A stretch of DNA of 64,000 nucleotides from Octopus sinensis (lineage: Eukaryota). The stretch's first letter is position 1; each line of letters starts with the position of its first letter. The stretch lies in assembly GCF_006345805.1 (NCBI RefSeq), contig NW_021832375.1:1-64000 (forward strand). Reading direction: 5' to 3'. Positions 15,001-26,908 of this stretch are shown piece by piece. Made by a program: the position numbers and the translations under genes. Under the pieces are notes generated by a model. The model ran no database searches and had not been told where the DNA came from. It worked only from the letters and a program-made list of their open reading frames with translations.

Positions 15001-18000
15001 ATGGACGCATGATGTGTGAACGAAGCTTGTTTGTATGGACGCATGATGTGTGAACGAGGCTTGTTTGTATGGAGGCACGATGTGTGAACGAGGCTTGTTT
15101 GTATGGACGCATGATGTGTGAACGAGGCTTGTTTGTATGGACGAATGATGTGTGAACGAGGCTTGTTTGTATGGACGCATGATGTGTGAACGAGGCTTGT
15201 TTGTATGGACGCATGATGTGTGAACGAGGCTTGTTTGTATGGACGAATGATGTGTGAACGAGGCTTGTTTGTATGGACGCATGATGTGTGAACGAGGCTT
15301 GTTTGTATGGACGCATGCTGTGTGAACGAGGCTTGTTTGTATGGACGCATGATGTGTGAACGAGGCTTGGTTTTTTGGACGCATGATGTGTGAACGAGGC
15401 CTGTTTGTATGGACGACTGATGTGTGAACGAGGCTTGTTTGTATGGACGCATGATGTGTGAACGAGGCTTGTTTGTATGGACGCATGATGTGTGAACGAG
15501 GCTTGGTTTTTTGGACGCATGATGTGTGAACGAGGCATGTTTGTATGAACGCATGATGTGTGAACGAGGCTTGTTTGTATGAACGCATGATGTGTGAACG
15601 AGGCTTGTTTGTATGGACGCATGATGTGTGAATGAGGCTTGTTTGTATGAACGCATGATGTGTGAATGAGGCTTGTTTGTATGGACGCATGATGTGTGAA
15701 TGAGGCTTGTTTGTATGAACGCATGATGTGTGAACGAGGCTTGTTTGTATGGACGCATGATGTGTGAACGAGGCTTGTTTGTATGAACGCATGATGTGTG
15801 AATGAGGCTTGTTTGTGTGGACGCATGATGTGTGAATGAGGCTTGTTTGTATGAACGCATGATGTGTGAACGAGGCTTGTTTGTATGGACGCATGATGTG
15901 TGAACGAGGCTTGTTTGTATGGACGCATGATGTGTGAACGAGGCTTGTTTGTATGGACGCATGATGTGTGAACGAGGCTTGTTTGTATGGACGCATGATG
16001 TGTGAATGAGGCTTGTTTGTATGAACGCATGATGTGTGAACGAGGCTTGTTTGTATGAACGCATGATGTGTGAACGAGGCTTGTTTGTATGGACGCATGA
16101 TGTGTGAACGAGGCTTGTTTGTATGAACGCATGATGTGTGAATGAGGCTTGTTTGTATGAACGCATGATGTGTGAACGAGGCTTGTTTGTATGAACGCAT
16201 GATGTGTGAACGAGGCTTGTTTGTATGGACGCATGACGGGTGAACGAGGCTTGTTTGTATGGACGCATAACGGGTGAACGACGCTTGTTTGTATGGACGC
16301 ATGATGTGTGAACGACGCTTGTTTGTGTGAACGCATGATGTGTGAACGAGGCTTGTTTGTATGGATGCATGATGTGTGAATGAGGCTTGTTTGTATGAAC
16401 GCATGATGTGTGAACGAGGCTTGTTTGTATGGACGCATGATGTGTGAACGAGGCTTGTTTGTATGGACGCATGATGTGTGAACGAGGCTTGTGTGTATGG
16501 ACGCATGATGTGTGAACGAGGCTTGTTTGTATGAACGCATGATGTGTGAATGAGGCTTGTTTGTATGAACGCATGATGTGTGAACGAGGCTTGTTTGTAT
16601 GAACGCATGATGTGTGAACGAGGCTTGTTTGTATGGACGCATGATGTGTGAATGAGGCTTGTTTGTATGGACGCATGACGGGTGAACGACGCTTGTTTGT
16701 ATGGACGCATGATGTGTGAACGAGGCTTGTTTGCATGGACGCATGATGTGTGAACGAGGCTTGTTTGTATGGACGCATGACGGGTGAACGAGGCTTGTTT
16801 GTATGGACGAATGATGTGTGTAGGAGGCTTGTTTGTATGAACGCATGATGTGTGAACGAGGCTTGTTTGTATGGACGCATGACGGGTGAACGAGGCTTGT
16901 TTGTATGGACGCATGACGGGTGAACGACGCTTGTTTGTATGAACGCATGATGTGTGAACGAGGCTTGTTTGTATGGACGCATGATGTGTGAACGTGGCTT
17001 GATTGTATGGACGCATGATGTGTGAACGAGGCTTGTTTGTATGAACGCATGATGTGTGAATGAGGCTTGTTTGTATGAACGCATGATGTGTGAACGAGGC
17101 TTGTTTGTATGAACGCATGATGTGTGAACGAGGCTTGTTTGTATGGACGCATGATGTGTGAATGAGGCTTGTTTGTATGGACGCATGACGGGTGAACGAC
17201 GCTTGTTTGTATGGACGCATGATGTGTGAACGAGGCTTGTTTGTATGGACGCATGACGGGTGAACGACGCTTGTTTGTATGGACGCATGATGTGTGAACG
17301 AGGCTTGTTTGTATGGACGCATGACGGGTGAACGAGGCTTGTTTGTATGGACGAATGATGTGTGTAGGAGGCTTGTTTGTATGAACGCATGATGTGTGAA
17401 CGAGGCTTGTTTGTAAGGACGCATGATGTGTGAATGAGGCTTGTTTGTATGGACGCATGACGGGTGAACGACGCTTGTTTGTATGGACGCATGATGTGTG
17501 AACGAGGCTTGTTTGTATGGACGCATGACGGGTGAACGACGCTTGTTTGTATGGACGATGATGTGTGAAGGAGGCTTGTTTGTATGGACGCATGACGGTG
17601 TGAACGAGGCTTGTTTGTATGGACGCATGATGTGTGAACGAGGCTTGTTGTATGGACGCATGGACGCATGACGGGTGAACGAGGCTTGTTTGTATGGACG
17701 AATGATGTGTGTAGGAGGCTTGTTTGTATGAACGCATGATGTGTGAACGAGGCTTGTTTGTATGGACGCATGACGGGTGAACGAGGCTTGTTTGTATGGA
17801 CGAATGATGTGTGAAGGAGGCTTGTTTGTATGGATGAATGATGTGTGAAGGAGGCTTGTTTGTATGGACGCATGATGTGTGAACGAGGCTTGTTTGTATG
17901 GACGCATGATGTGTGAATGAGGCTTGTTTGTATGGACGAATGATGTGTGAAGGAGGCTTGTTTGTATGAACGGATGATGTGTGAAGGAGACTTGTTTGTA

Positions 18001-21000
18001 TGGACGAATGATGTGTGAAGGAGGCTTGTTTGTATGGACGCATGATGTGTGAACGAGGCTTGTTTGTATGGACGCATGATGTGTGAACGAGGCTTATTTG
18101 TATGGGCGCATGATGTGTGAATGAGGCTTGTTTGAATGGACGCATGATGTGTGAACGAGGCTTGTTTGAATGGACGCATGATGTGTGAACGAGGCTTCTT
18201 TGTGTGGACGCATGATGTGTGAAGGAGGCTTGTTTGTATGGACGCATGATGTGTGAACGAGGCTTGTTTGTATGGACGCATGACGGGTGAACGAGGCTTG
18301 TTTGTATGGACGAATGATGTGTGAACGAGGCTTCTTTGTGTGGACGCATGATGTGTGAAGGAGGCTTGTTTGTATGGACACATGACGTGTGAACGAGGCT
18401 TGTTTGTATGGACGCATTATGTGTGAACGAGGCTTGTTTGTATGGACGCATGATGTGTGAACGACGGTTGTTTGTATGGACGCATGATGTGTGAACGAGG
18501 CTTGTTTGTATGGACGCATGACGGGTGAACGAGGCTTGTTTGTATGGACGAATGATGTGTGTAGGAGGCTTGTTTGTATGAACGCATGATGTGTGAACGA
18601 GGCTTGTTTGTATGGACGCATGACGGGTGAACGAGGCTTTTTTGTATGGACGAATGATGTGTGAAGGAGGCTTGTTTGTATGGACGAATGATGTGTGAAG
18701 GAGGCTTGTTTGTATGGACGCATGATGTGTGAACGAGGCTTGTTTGTATGGACGCATGATGTGTGAATGAGGCTTGTTTGTATGGACGAATGATGTGTGA
18801 AGGAGGCTTGTTTGTATGAACGGATGATGTGTGAAGGAGGCTTGTTTGTATGGACGCATGATGTGTGAACGAGGCTTGTTTGTATGGACGCATGATGTGT
18901 GAATGAGGCTTGTTTGTATGGACGAATGATGTGTGAAGGAGGCTTGTTTGTATGAACGGATGATGTGTGAAGGAGGCTTGTTTGTATGGACGCATGATGT
19001 GTGAACGAGGCTTGTTTGTATGGACGCATGATGTGTGAACGAGGCTTATTTGTATGGGCGCATGATGTGTGAATGAGGCTTGTTTGAATGGACGCATGAT
19101 GTGTGAACGAGGCTTGTTTGAATGGACGCATGATGTGTGAACGAGGCTTCTTTGTGTGGACGCATGATGTGTGAAGGAGGCTTGTTTGTATGGACGCATG
19201 ATGTGTGAACGAGGCTTGTTTGTATGGACGCATGACGGGTGAACGAGGCTTGTTTGTATGGACGAATGATGTGTGAACGAGGCTTCTTTGTGTGGACGCA
19301 TGATGTGTGAAGGAGGCTTGTTTGTATGGACACATGACGTGTGAACGAGGCTTGTTTGTATGGACGCATGATGTGTGAACGAGGCTTGTTTGTATGGACG
19401 AATGATGTGTGAAGGAGGCTTGTTGGTATGGACGCATGATGTGTGAACGAGGCTTGTTTGAATGGACGAATGATGTGTGAATGAGGCTTGTTTGTATGGA
19501 CGCATGATGTGTGAACGAGGTTTGTTTGTATGGACGCATGATGTGTGAACGAGGCTTGTTTGTATGGACGCATGATGTGTGAACGAGGCTTCTTTGTGTG
19601 GACGCATGATGTGTGAAGGAGGCTTGTTTGTATGGACGAATGATGTGTGAAGGATGCTTGTTTGAATGGACGCATGATGTGTGAAGGAGGCTTGTTTGAA
19701 TGGACGAATGATGTGTGAACGAGGCTTGTTTGAATGGACGAATGATGTGTGAAGGAGGCTTGTTTGTATGGACGCATGATGTGTGAACGAGGCTTGTTTG
19801 TATGGACACATGATGTGTGAACGAGGCCTGTTTGTATGGACGAATGATGTGTGAATGAGGCTTGGTTGTTTGGACGCATGATGTGTGAACGAGGCTTGTT
19901 TGTATGGACGAATGATGCGTGAACGAGGCTTGTTTGTATGGACACATGATGTGTGAACGAGGCCTGTTTGTATGGACGAATGATGTGTGAACGAGGCTTG
20001 GTTGTTTGGACGCATGATGTGTGAACGAGGCTTGTTTGTATGGACGAATGATGTGTGAACGAGGCTTGTTTGTATGGACGCATGACGGGTGAACGAGGCT
20101 TGGTTGTTTGGACGCATGATGTGTGAAGGAGGCTTGTTTGTATGGACGCATGACGGGTGAACGAGGCTTGGTTGTTTGGACGCATGATGTGTGAACGAGG
20201 CTTGTTTGTATGGACGCATGATGTGTGAACGAGGCTTGTTTGTATGGACGAATGATGTGTGAACGAGGCTTGTTTGTATGGACGCATGACGGGTGAACGA
20301 GGCTTGTTTGGACGCATGATGTGTGAACGAGGCTTTTTTGTATGGACGCATGATGTGTGAACGAGGCTTGTTTGTATGGACGCATGTTGTGTGAACGAGG
20401 CTTGTTTGTATGGACGCATGATGTGTGAACGAGGCTTGTTTGTATGGACGAATGATGTGTGAACGAGGCTTGTTTGTATGGACGCATGACGGGTGAACGA
20501 GGCTTGTTTGTATGGACGAATGATGTGTGAACGTGGCTTGTTTGTATGGACGCATGACGGGTGAACGAGGCTTGGTTGTTTGGACGCATGATGTGTGAAC
20601 GAGGCTTGTTTGTATGGACGCATGACGGGTGAACGAGGCTTGTTTGTATGGACGCATGATGTGTGAAGGAGGCTTGTTTGTATGGACGCATGACGGGTGA
20701 ACGAGGCTTGGTTGTTTGGACGCATGATGTGTGAACGAGGCTTGTTTGTATGGACGCATGATGTGTGAACGAGGCTTGTTTGTATGGACGAATGATGTGT
20801 GAACGAGGCTTGTTTGTATGGACGCATGACGGGTGAACGAGGCTTGTTTGTATGGACGAATGATGTGTGAACGAGGCTTGTTTGTATGGACGCATGATGT
20901 GTGAACGAGGCTTGTTTGTATGGACGCATGATGTGTGAACGAGGCTTGTTTGTATGGACGAATGATGTGTGAACGAGGCTTGTTTGTATGGACGCATGAC

Positions 21001-22257
21001 GGGTGAACGAGGCTTGTTTGTATGGACGAATGATGTGTGAACGAGGCTTGTTTGTATGGACGCATGACGGGTGAACGAGGCTTGTTTGTATGGACGCATG
21101 ATGTGTGAAGGAGGCTTGTTTGTATGGACGCATGATGTGTGAACGAGGCTTGTTTGTATGGACGAATGATGTGTGAACGAGGCTTGTTTGTATGGACACA
21201 TGATGTGTGAACGAGGCCTGTTTGTATGGACGCATGATGTGTGAATGAGGCTTGGTTGTTTGGACGCATGATGTGTGAACGAGGCTTGTTTGTATGGACG
21301 CATGACGGGTGAACGAGGCTTGTTTGTATGGACGCATGATGTGTGAACGAGGCTTGTTTGTATGGACGCATGATGTGTGAACGAGGCTTGTTTGTATGGA
21401 CGAATGATGTGTGAACGAGGCTTGTTTGTATGGACATATGATGTGTGAACGAGGCCTGTTTGTATGGACACATGATGTGTGAACTAGGCTTGGTTGTTTG
21501 GACGCATCATGTGTGAACGAGGCTTGTTTGAATGGACGAATGATGTGTGAACGAGGCCTGTTTGTATGGACGCATGACGGGTGAACGAGCCTTGTTTGTA
21601 TGGACGCATGCGGTGTGAACGAGGTTTGTTTGTATGAACGCATGTGTGAACGAGGCTTGGTTGTTTGGACGCATGATGTGCGAACGAGGCTTGTTTGTGT
21701 GGACGCATGATGTGTGAACGAGGCTTGTTTGTGTGGACGCATGATGTGTGAACGAGGCTTGTTTGTATGGACGCATGACGGGTGAACGAGCCTTGTTTGT
21801 ATGGACGCATGATGTGTGAACGAGGCTTGTTTGTATGAACGCATGTGTGAACGAAGCTTGGTTGTTTGGACGCATGATGTGCGAACGAGGCTTGTTTGTG
21901 TGGACGCATGATGTGTGAACGAGGCTTGTTTGTGTGGACGCATGATGTGTGAACGAGGCTTGTTTGTATGGACACATGACGGGTGAACGAAACTTGTTTG
22001 AATGGACGCATGATGTGTGAACGAGGCTTCTTAGTGTGGACGCATGTGTGAACCAGGCTTGTTTGAATGGACGAATGATGTGTGAACGTGGCGTGTATCG
22101 ACGCATGATGTGTGAACGAGGCGTGTATGTATGGACGCATGATGTATGAACCAGACTTTTTTGTGTGGACGCATGACGGGTGAACGAGCCTTGTTTGTAT
22201 GAACGCATGGCGGTGAACGAGTCTTGTTTGTATGGACGCATGATGTGTGAACGAGGC
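1..22257. repeat. 34-bp tandem satellite array (~655 units; open at left edge of window)
   Basis: Consensus TTGTTTGTATGGACGCATGATGTGTGAACGAGGC (34 nt, 23/34 G+T on + strand, two CpG) is repeated head-to-tail without interruption. Minus-strand translation repeats every 34 aa (3 units = 102 nt), confirming the period. Confidence 0.99.
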
Positions 22258-22348
22258 TAACACTAACCCTAACCCCAACCTAACCCCGACCCTGACCCTA
22301 ACCCTAACCACAACCCCAACCAACCCTAACCCTAATCCAACCCCAACC
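22258..22348 (-). repeat. Degenerate telomeric repeat tract, (TTAGGG)n on minus strand, with variant units
   Basis: + strand reads TAACACTAACCCTAACCCCAACCTAACCCCGACCCTGACCCTAACCCTAACCACAACCCCAACCAACCCTAACCCTAATCCAACCCCAACC: about 15 units mixing CCCTAA with CCCCAA, CCCTGA and CCCCGA. Confidence 0.9.
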
Positions 22349-22374
22349 GGAACACCAATCGTAATGTAATTACA

Positions 22375-22684
22375 TGTAAGTGAAGTAACTCTGCAAAATT
22401 TGTACCTATTTCCCTTTTTAGAGTTACTTCCCTTGAATATCATAATTTAATAATACCTAATAGGAATTTAATTAGATGTAAGGGAAGTAACTCTGGAAGA
22501 TTTTGGAGTTATCTTCCTTCGCAAGTGACTTACCTTGCATATTATAATTTAATAATTTATAATATGCAAGGGGTGTAACTCTAGAAAGGGAGATAACTAA
22601 GAAAAATATTTAAAAGTTACCTCCCTTACATTTAACTACGTAGCGACAATTATCAAAATGTATTATGGAAGCTAATTAACTCTA
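22375..22684. repeat. Palindromic cluster of GGGAAGTAACTCT / AGAGTTACTTCCC motif, copy 1
   Basis: About 9 motif copies, mostly as inverted pairs (e.g. GAAGTAACTCT at 22382, AGAGTTACTTCCC at 22420, AGGGAAGTAACTCT at 22481, GGGAGATAACT at 22588), plus a perfect 15-bp inverted repeat at 22533-22571. Confidence 0.85.
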
Positions 22685-22714
22685 CAATATAATGTTCAGA
22701 CGTAACGCATACAC

Positions 22715-22930
22715 TTTTACTGTTTTCCTTGGTTAGTCATTTCACTGTGCCAATGCTGGAGCACAGCTTTTCTAGAGCAAATCGACACTAGGACTACGTC
22801 AGTCTAGTATTAATTCTGTTGGTCTCCTTTTCCCGAACATCGGCATTGGTTGTCAGGCGGTTTTGGGGACACCGAAACATACACACATATACATATATAT
22901 AAATATCTATATGTATATGCATGTTTCTCT
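22715..22930 (-). mobile_element. Degenerate 3' part of the common tRNA-derived SINE
   Basis: AGTCATTTCACTGTGCCAATGCTGGAGCACAGC...GCAAATCGAC...TTTTCCCGAAC...GGTTGTCAGGCG matches the better-preserved copies at 58400-58870 and 63695-64000. Confidence 0.7.
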
Positions 22931-22944
22931 CTATATATATATTG

Positions 22945-24990
22945 CAGAAAAAATACTGCTGTCTTTAGTGTTCCCACTGATATTGACGTAAGAGAAGCGA
23001 ACGAAGTTGACTCCCAAACCAAATTGCAGACATAACCTTCACTCCCACTGACATCGTAGCAGCAATAAATGAGGTCAAATACTACTCTGCTGTAGGCCCT
23101 GATAGATTCCCCGCTAGTCTCCTGAAGGAATGTAAACACCAACTTGCAGTCCCACTGACCAACCTCTGGAGAAATTGGTTAGATGCAGGTTATATACCAA
23201 AACAGTTTCTATCCAAGTCGGTCATCCCGGTTTTCAAACAGGGAAACAGATCCCTCGCACTCAACTATCGCCCAATCTCACTCACCTCCCACATCATCAA
23301 AGTGCTTGAAAGAGTGTTAAGATCAAGGATAGCTCACTTCCTGGAGACCCACAAACTCCTAAATGCAAATCAGCATGGCTTTCGCTGTGGCAGGGACTGT
23401 CTAACACAGCTCTTACACTACATTGAGGATGTACTCAAAGCCTTGGGAACAGGTTCGAAATCTGATGTCATATATCTTGACTTCAGTAAAGCGTTCGACA
23501 GGGTAGACCATTATATCCTACTCTCAAACAGATCCCTCGCACTCAACTATCGCCCAATCTCACTCACCTCCCACATCATCAAAGTGTTTGAAAGAGTGTT
23601 AAGATCAAGGATAGCTCACTTCCTGGAGACCCACAAACTCCTAAATGCAAATCAGCATGGCTTTCGCTGTGGCAGGGACTGTCTAACACAGCTCTTACAC
23701 TACATTGAGGATGTACTCAAAGCCTTGGGAACAGGTTCGAAATCTGATGTCATATATCTTGACTTCAGTAAAGCGTTCGACAGGGTAGACCATAATATCC
23801 TACTCTCAAAATTGGCAAATGTTGGAATCCGTGGAAAAGTTCTACACTGGATCAAGTATTTCCTGGCGAATAGAACACAACATGTTGTAGTTGATGGAGT
23901 CCACTCAAGCCCAGCAAAAGTCACCAGCGGTGTCCCCCAGGGGATTGTCTTGGGTCCGCTACTCTTCATAATCTACATAAACGACCTTTCCAAATTCGTA
24001 CATTACTGCAAAGTGAAAATATTTGCTGATGACACCAAGCTCCAGCAAATCGTCAATGAAGAAGCAGACCGAACTCAACTCCAGTCTGATCTATATGCTG
24101 TGAGTCAATGGGCAGACAGAAACAAAATGCAACTGAACGAGGGAAAATTTGAGCTGATGCATTTTGGAAGAAACTCCTCACTAAAACAGCCATACTCTCT
24201 TCCTTCAGGGGAACCGCTCACAGCCTCTAACAATATCAGAGACCTGGGTGTAATTGTTGATGACGATCTCAGTTGGAGTGCACACATCAACAAGAAGGTC
24301 GATATAGCTCGTAGGATGAGTTCCTGGATCTTAAGAACTTTCCGGTCCAGAGAACAAGGTGTCATCATACCACTTTTTTCCTCCTTTGTACGGCCACACC
24401 TTGGATACTGCTGCCCACTGTGGTCTCCTCACACAAGACAAAACATCTCCAGAATTGAGTCACCCCAGAGGGCTCTCACTAAACGAATTGAAGGCATGGC
24501 TGCTCTCGATTATTGGGATCGCCGTAAAGCCTTGAAACTTTACTCCCTCCAGCGTCGCCGTGAGCGGTACATCATTTGTACGATGTGGAAAATATACCGC
24601 CAACTATGCCCAAACGACCTAAACATTAGCTTCAAGGTTCATCCAAAACTTGGACCACGGGCTATACGTCCCCTGCCCAATTCAAGATCACAACATACAT
24701 GTACACTGCAACATAATTTCTTTTCCTCAACAGGCCCTGCCCTATTTAACATTGTCTCAAGAGAGATCAAAGAGGAAAAGGATCCCATCAAGTTTAAACA
24801 GAGTCTGGATAGATTCCTTCAAAGAATACCAGATAAGCCACCCATAATAGGATACAACTGACCCAACAAGAACTCACTACTTGAACAAAACTTGACTTAA
24901 ACAAACATTGACTTAAACAGGATTCGAATAATCCTATTAAATGGTGCTATTAAGTTAGACAGCCTGGACCAATCTTTGGTCGAAACATAT
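22945..24990 (+). mobile_element. 5'-truncated CR1/L2-group non-LTR retrotransposon (RT domain) with internal 282-bp duplication
   Basis: Reading frame from ~23030 (ITFTPTDIV...VIPVFKQGNRSLALNYRPISLTSHIIK) through ORF 23302-24861, containing YLDFSKAFDRVDH, GVPQGIVLGPLLF, FADDTKL, RDLGVIVD and LYSLQRRRERY. It is followed by a 3' UTR and (TA)n. Confidence 0.92.
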
Positions 24991-25017
24991 CTAAGTTTAT
25001 ATATATCTGATATATCT

Positions 25018-25083
<66 letters not shown>

Positions 25084-25521
25084 AATCTATCTTCTTCGAG
25101 CACATCGTCAGCAGCACTTATTCTTTCTAAGCCTAGTATTTATTCTAACTTATTCTTTTCTGCCGAGCCGCTCAAATACAGGGAGGAAAACGCACCAGCA
25201 TCGTTTGAAAAATCTACTATAGCCCCGAGCCGACCAAAGCCTTGTGATTGGATATGGTGGAAGGAAACTGGAAAAATGCAGTCATATATATGTTTATATA
25301 TATGTGTACGTGTGTATGTGTGTGTGCCTATGTCTGTTTGTCCCCAAACAATGCTACACAACGGACGCTAGTCTGTCTACGTCCCCAGCAGAAAATATCT
25401 CCTAGAGTTACTTCCTTAACGTCATATAATACGTGTCATGTTGTAATATCTGTAATAAAGTAATAATGACATAATCAAGTTTCTTTTTTGTTTTATATAG
25501 TATATATGCGTATATCTGTAA

Positions 25522-25556
<35 letters not shown>

Positions 25557-25739
25557 TATAATATAAGCGCGCGTGCCGCCTTAGTCGATCACATCGTCCG
25601 CAGCACTTCTTTGTAAGCCTAGTATTTATTCTAACTTGTTCTCTTTTGCCGAACCGCTAAAATACAGGGAGTAAAATACACCTGTGTCGGTAAAAACATC
25701 AACAGCTACAGTCGTTCGAAGGTAATGACCAAACTGTCT

Positions 25740-25950
25740 ACTCTTATCCACCAGTTCCAACACGATTTAACAAAAAAGGAGACAAATTGCTTGACTAGAT
25801 TTCACTGCAAAGCCAGTAACATCTGTGAACTTCCCAAAATCTACAAAAGTTAAGCCATAAACAAAACCTGTAACAAGTTAACTTCTATAGTTATAAATAT
25901 TCCACACCCGAGAGATCTCTGAATGAGGCCAATTATGGTCAATCCAGGTA
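25740..25950 (+). mobile_element. Penelope-like element RT fragment (copy A)
   Basis: Translates to KKETNCLTRFHCKASNI.ELPKI...DL*MRPIMV, resembling the PLE RT N-terminal YGLPKIHK...LRPIVA region. It is a paralog of 29510-29720. Confidence 0.6.
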
Positions 25951-26868
25951 TGTAGATACGGGGGGCATTGGGTGCTTAACACTCGCAAATCTGAAGTCAC
26001 TAAAGGTGCAATAAATTGAACTTCTTTTCATTTAGAACTTAGGGATCTGCAAATGTGGGTATCTTGGAGATGCTTAAAGTGTTTGTTGTAGCTGTAATTG
26101 TCGCACACACACAAACGAATAAAAACACAGTCGCTCACACACACGTACACACAAAAATAAAAACATTCACACAAACACTGAAATGAAAATACCAACACAC
26201 ACACACATATAAAAAGTCCCACTCACAAAAACACTCACATACGCACAAAGACAAACACACAAATGAAAATACACAGCTACATATTCACACACTCAAACAC
26301 GCGGAGAAACACAGAAATGAAGACAGTTACATACCTACACATGCACAAACACAGACACACAAATAGAAATGAAAAATACAGTAACACATCCAAACTCTCA
26401 CACACAAACATACGCACAAACACACACACACAAACATACGCACCCACACACAGAAATGAAAACGCAGTTACACACTCACACATAAAACCCTAACCGTGAC
26501 TAGCACAAACATACAATTTATTCAGAATGTAAAGAGGCATTGGGTGTTTGCACTCGCAGTTAGAATATCAGCCCCCTCCACGCCAGTATGAGAATTTCTT
26601 TTATCCACTTGTGAAATTAATACACTGTCGACACATGACAAAAATATGAGCAACATCTCAAGTCACTAAAGGTGCAATAAATTGAACTTATTTTGATTTA
26701 GTAGTTAGTGATTTCAAATGTGGGTATCTTAGAAGTGGTCAAAGTGTTTGTTGTAGTTGTAAGTGTCGCACACACACAAATAGAAACACTCAGTCGCTCA
26801 CACACTCGCACACACAAACAAATAGTAACACTCAGTCGCTCACACACTCGTGCACACAGAAATAAAAA

Positions 26869-26908
<40 letters not shown>

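Noticed and set aside
1-22257. CRISPR array (34-bp repeat length is CRISPR-like)
   Set aside because: Units are directly adjacent with no unique spacers, there are no cas genes, and the context is eukaryotic with spliceosomal introns.
1-22257. Satellite as a long telomerase-templated repeat (like yeast 23-25-bp telomere units)
   Set aside because: Its G/T-rich strand points away from the end implied by the CCCTAA tract, and canonical TTAGGG-type repeats are present. The resemblance is only compositional.
1531-22443. Giant minus-strand ORFs (up to 3925 aa) as protein-coding genes, including His-rich structural proteins
   Set aside because: All three frames give the same 34-aa repeat, indels are frequent and shift frame freely, and there is no unique N- or C-terminal domain. 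Known squid beak His-rich proteins are Gly-rich, unlike this peptide. The ORFs are explained by satellite composition.
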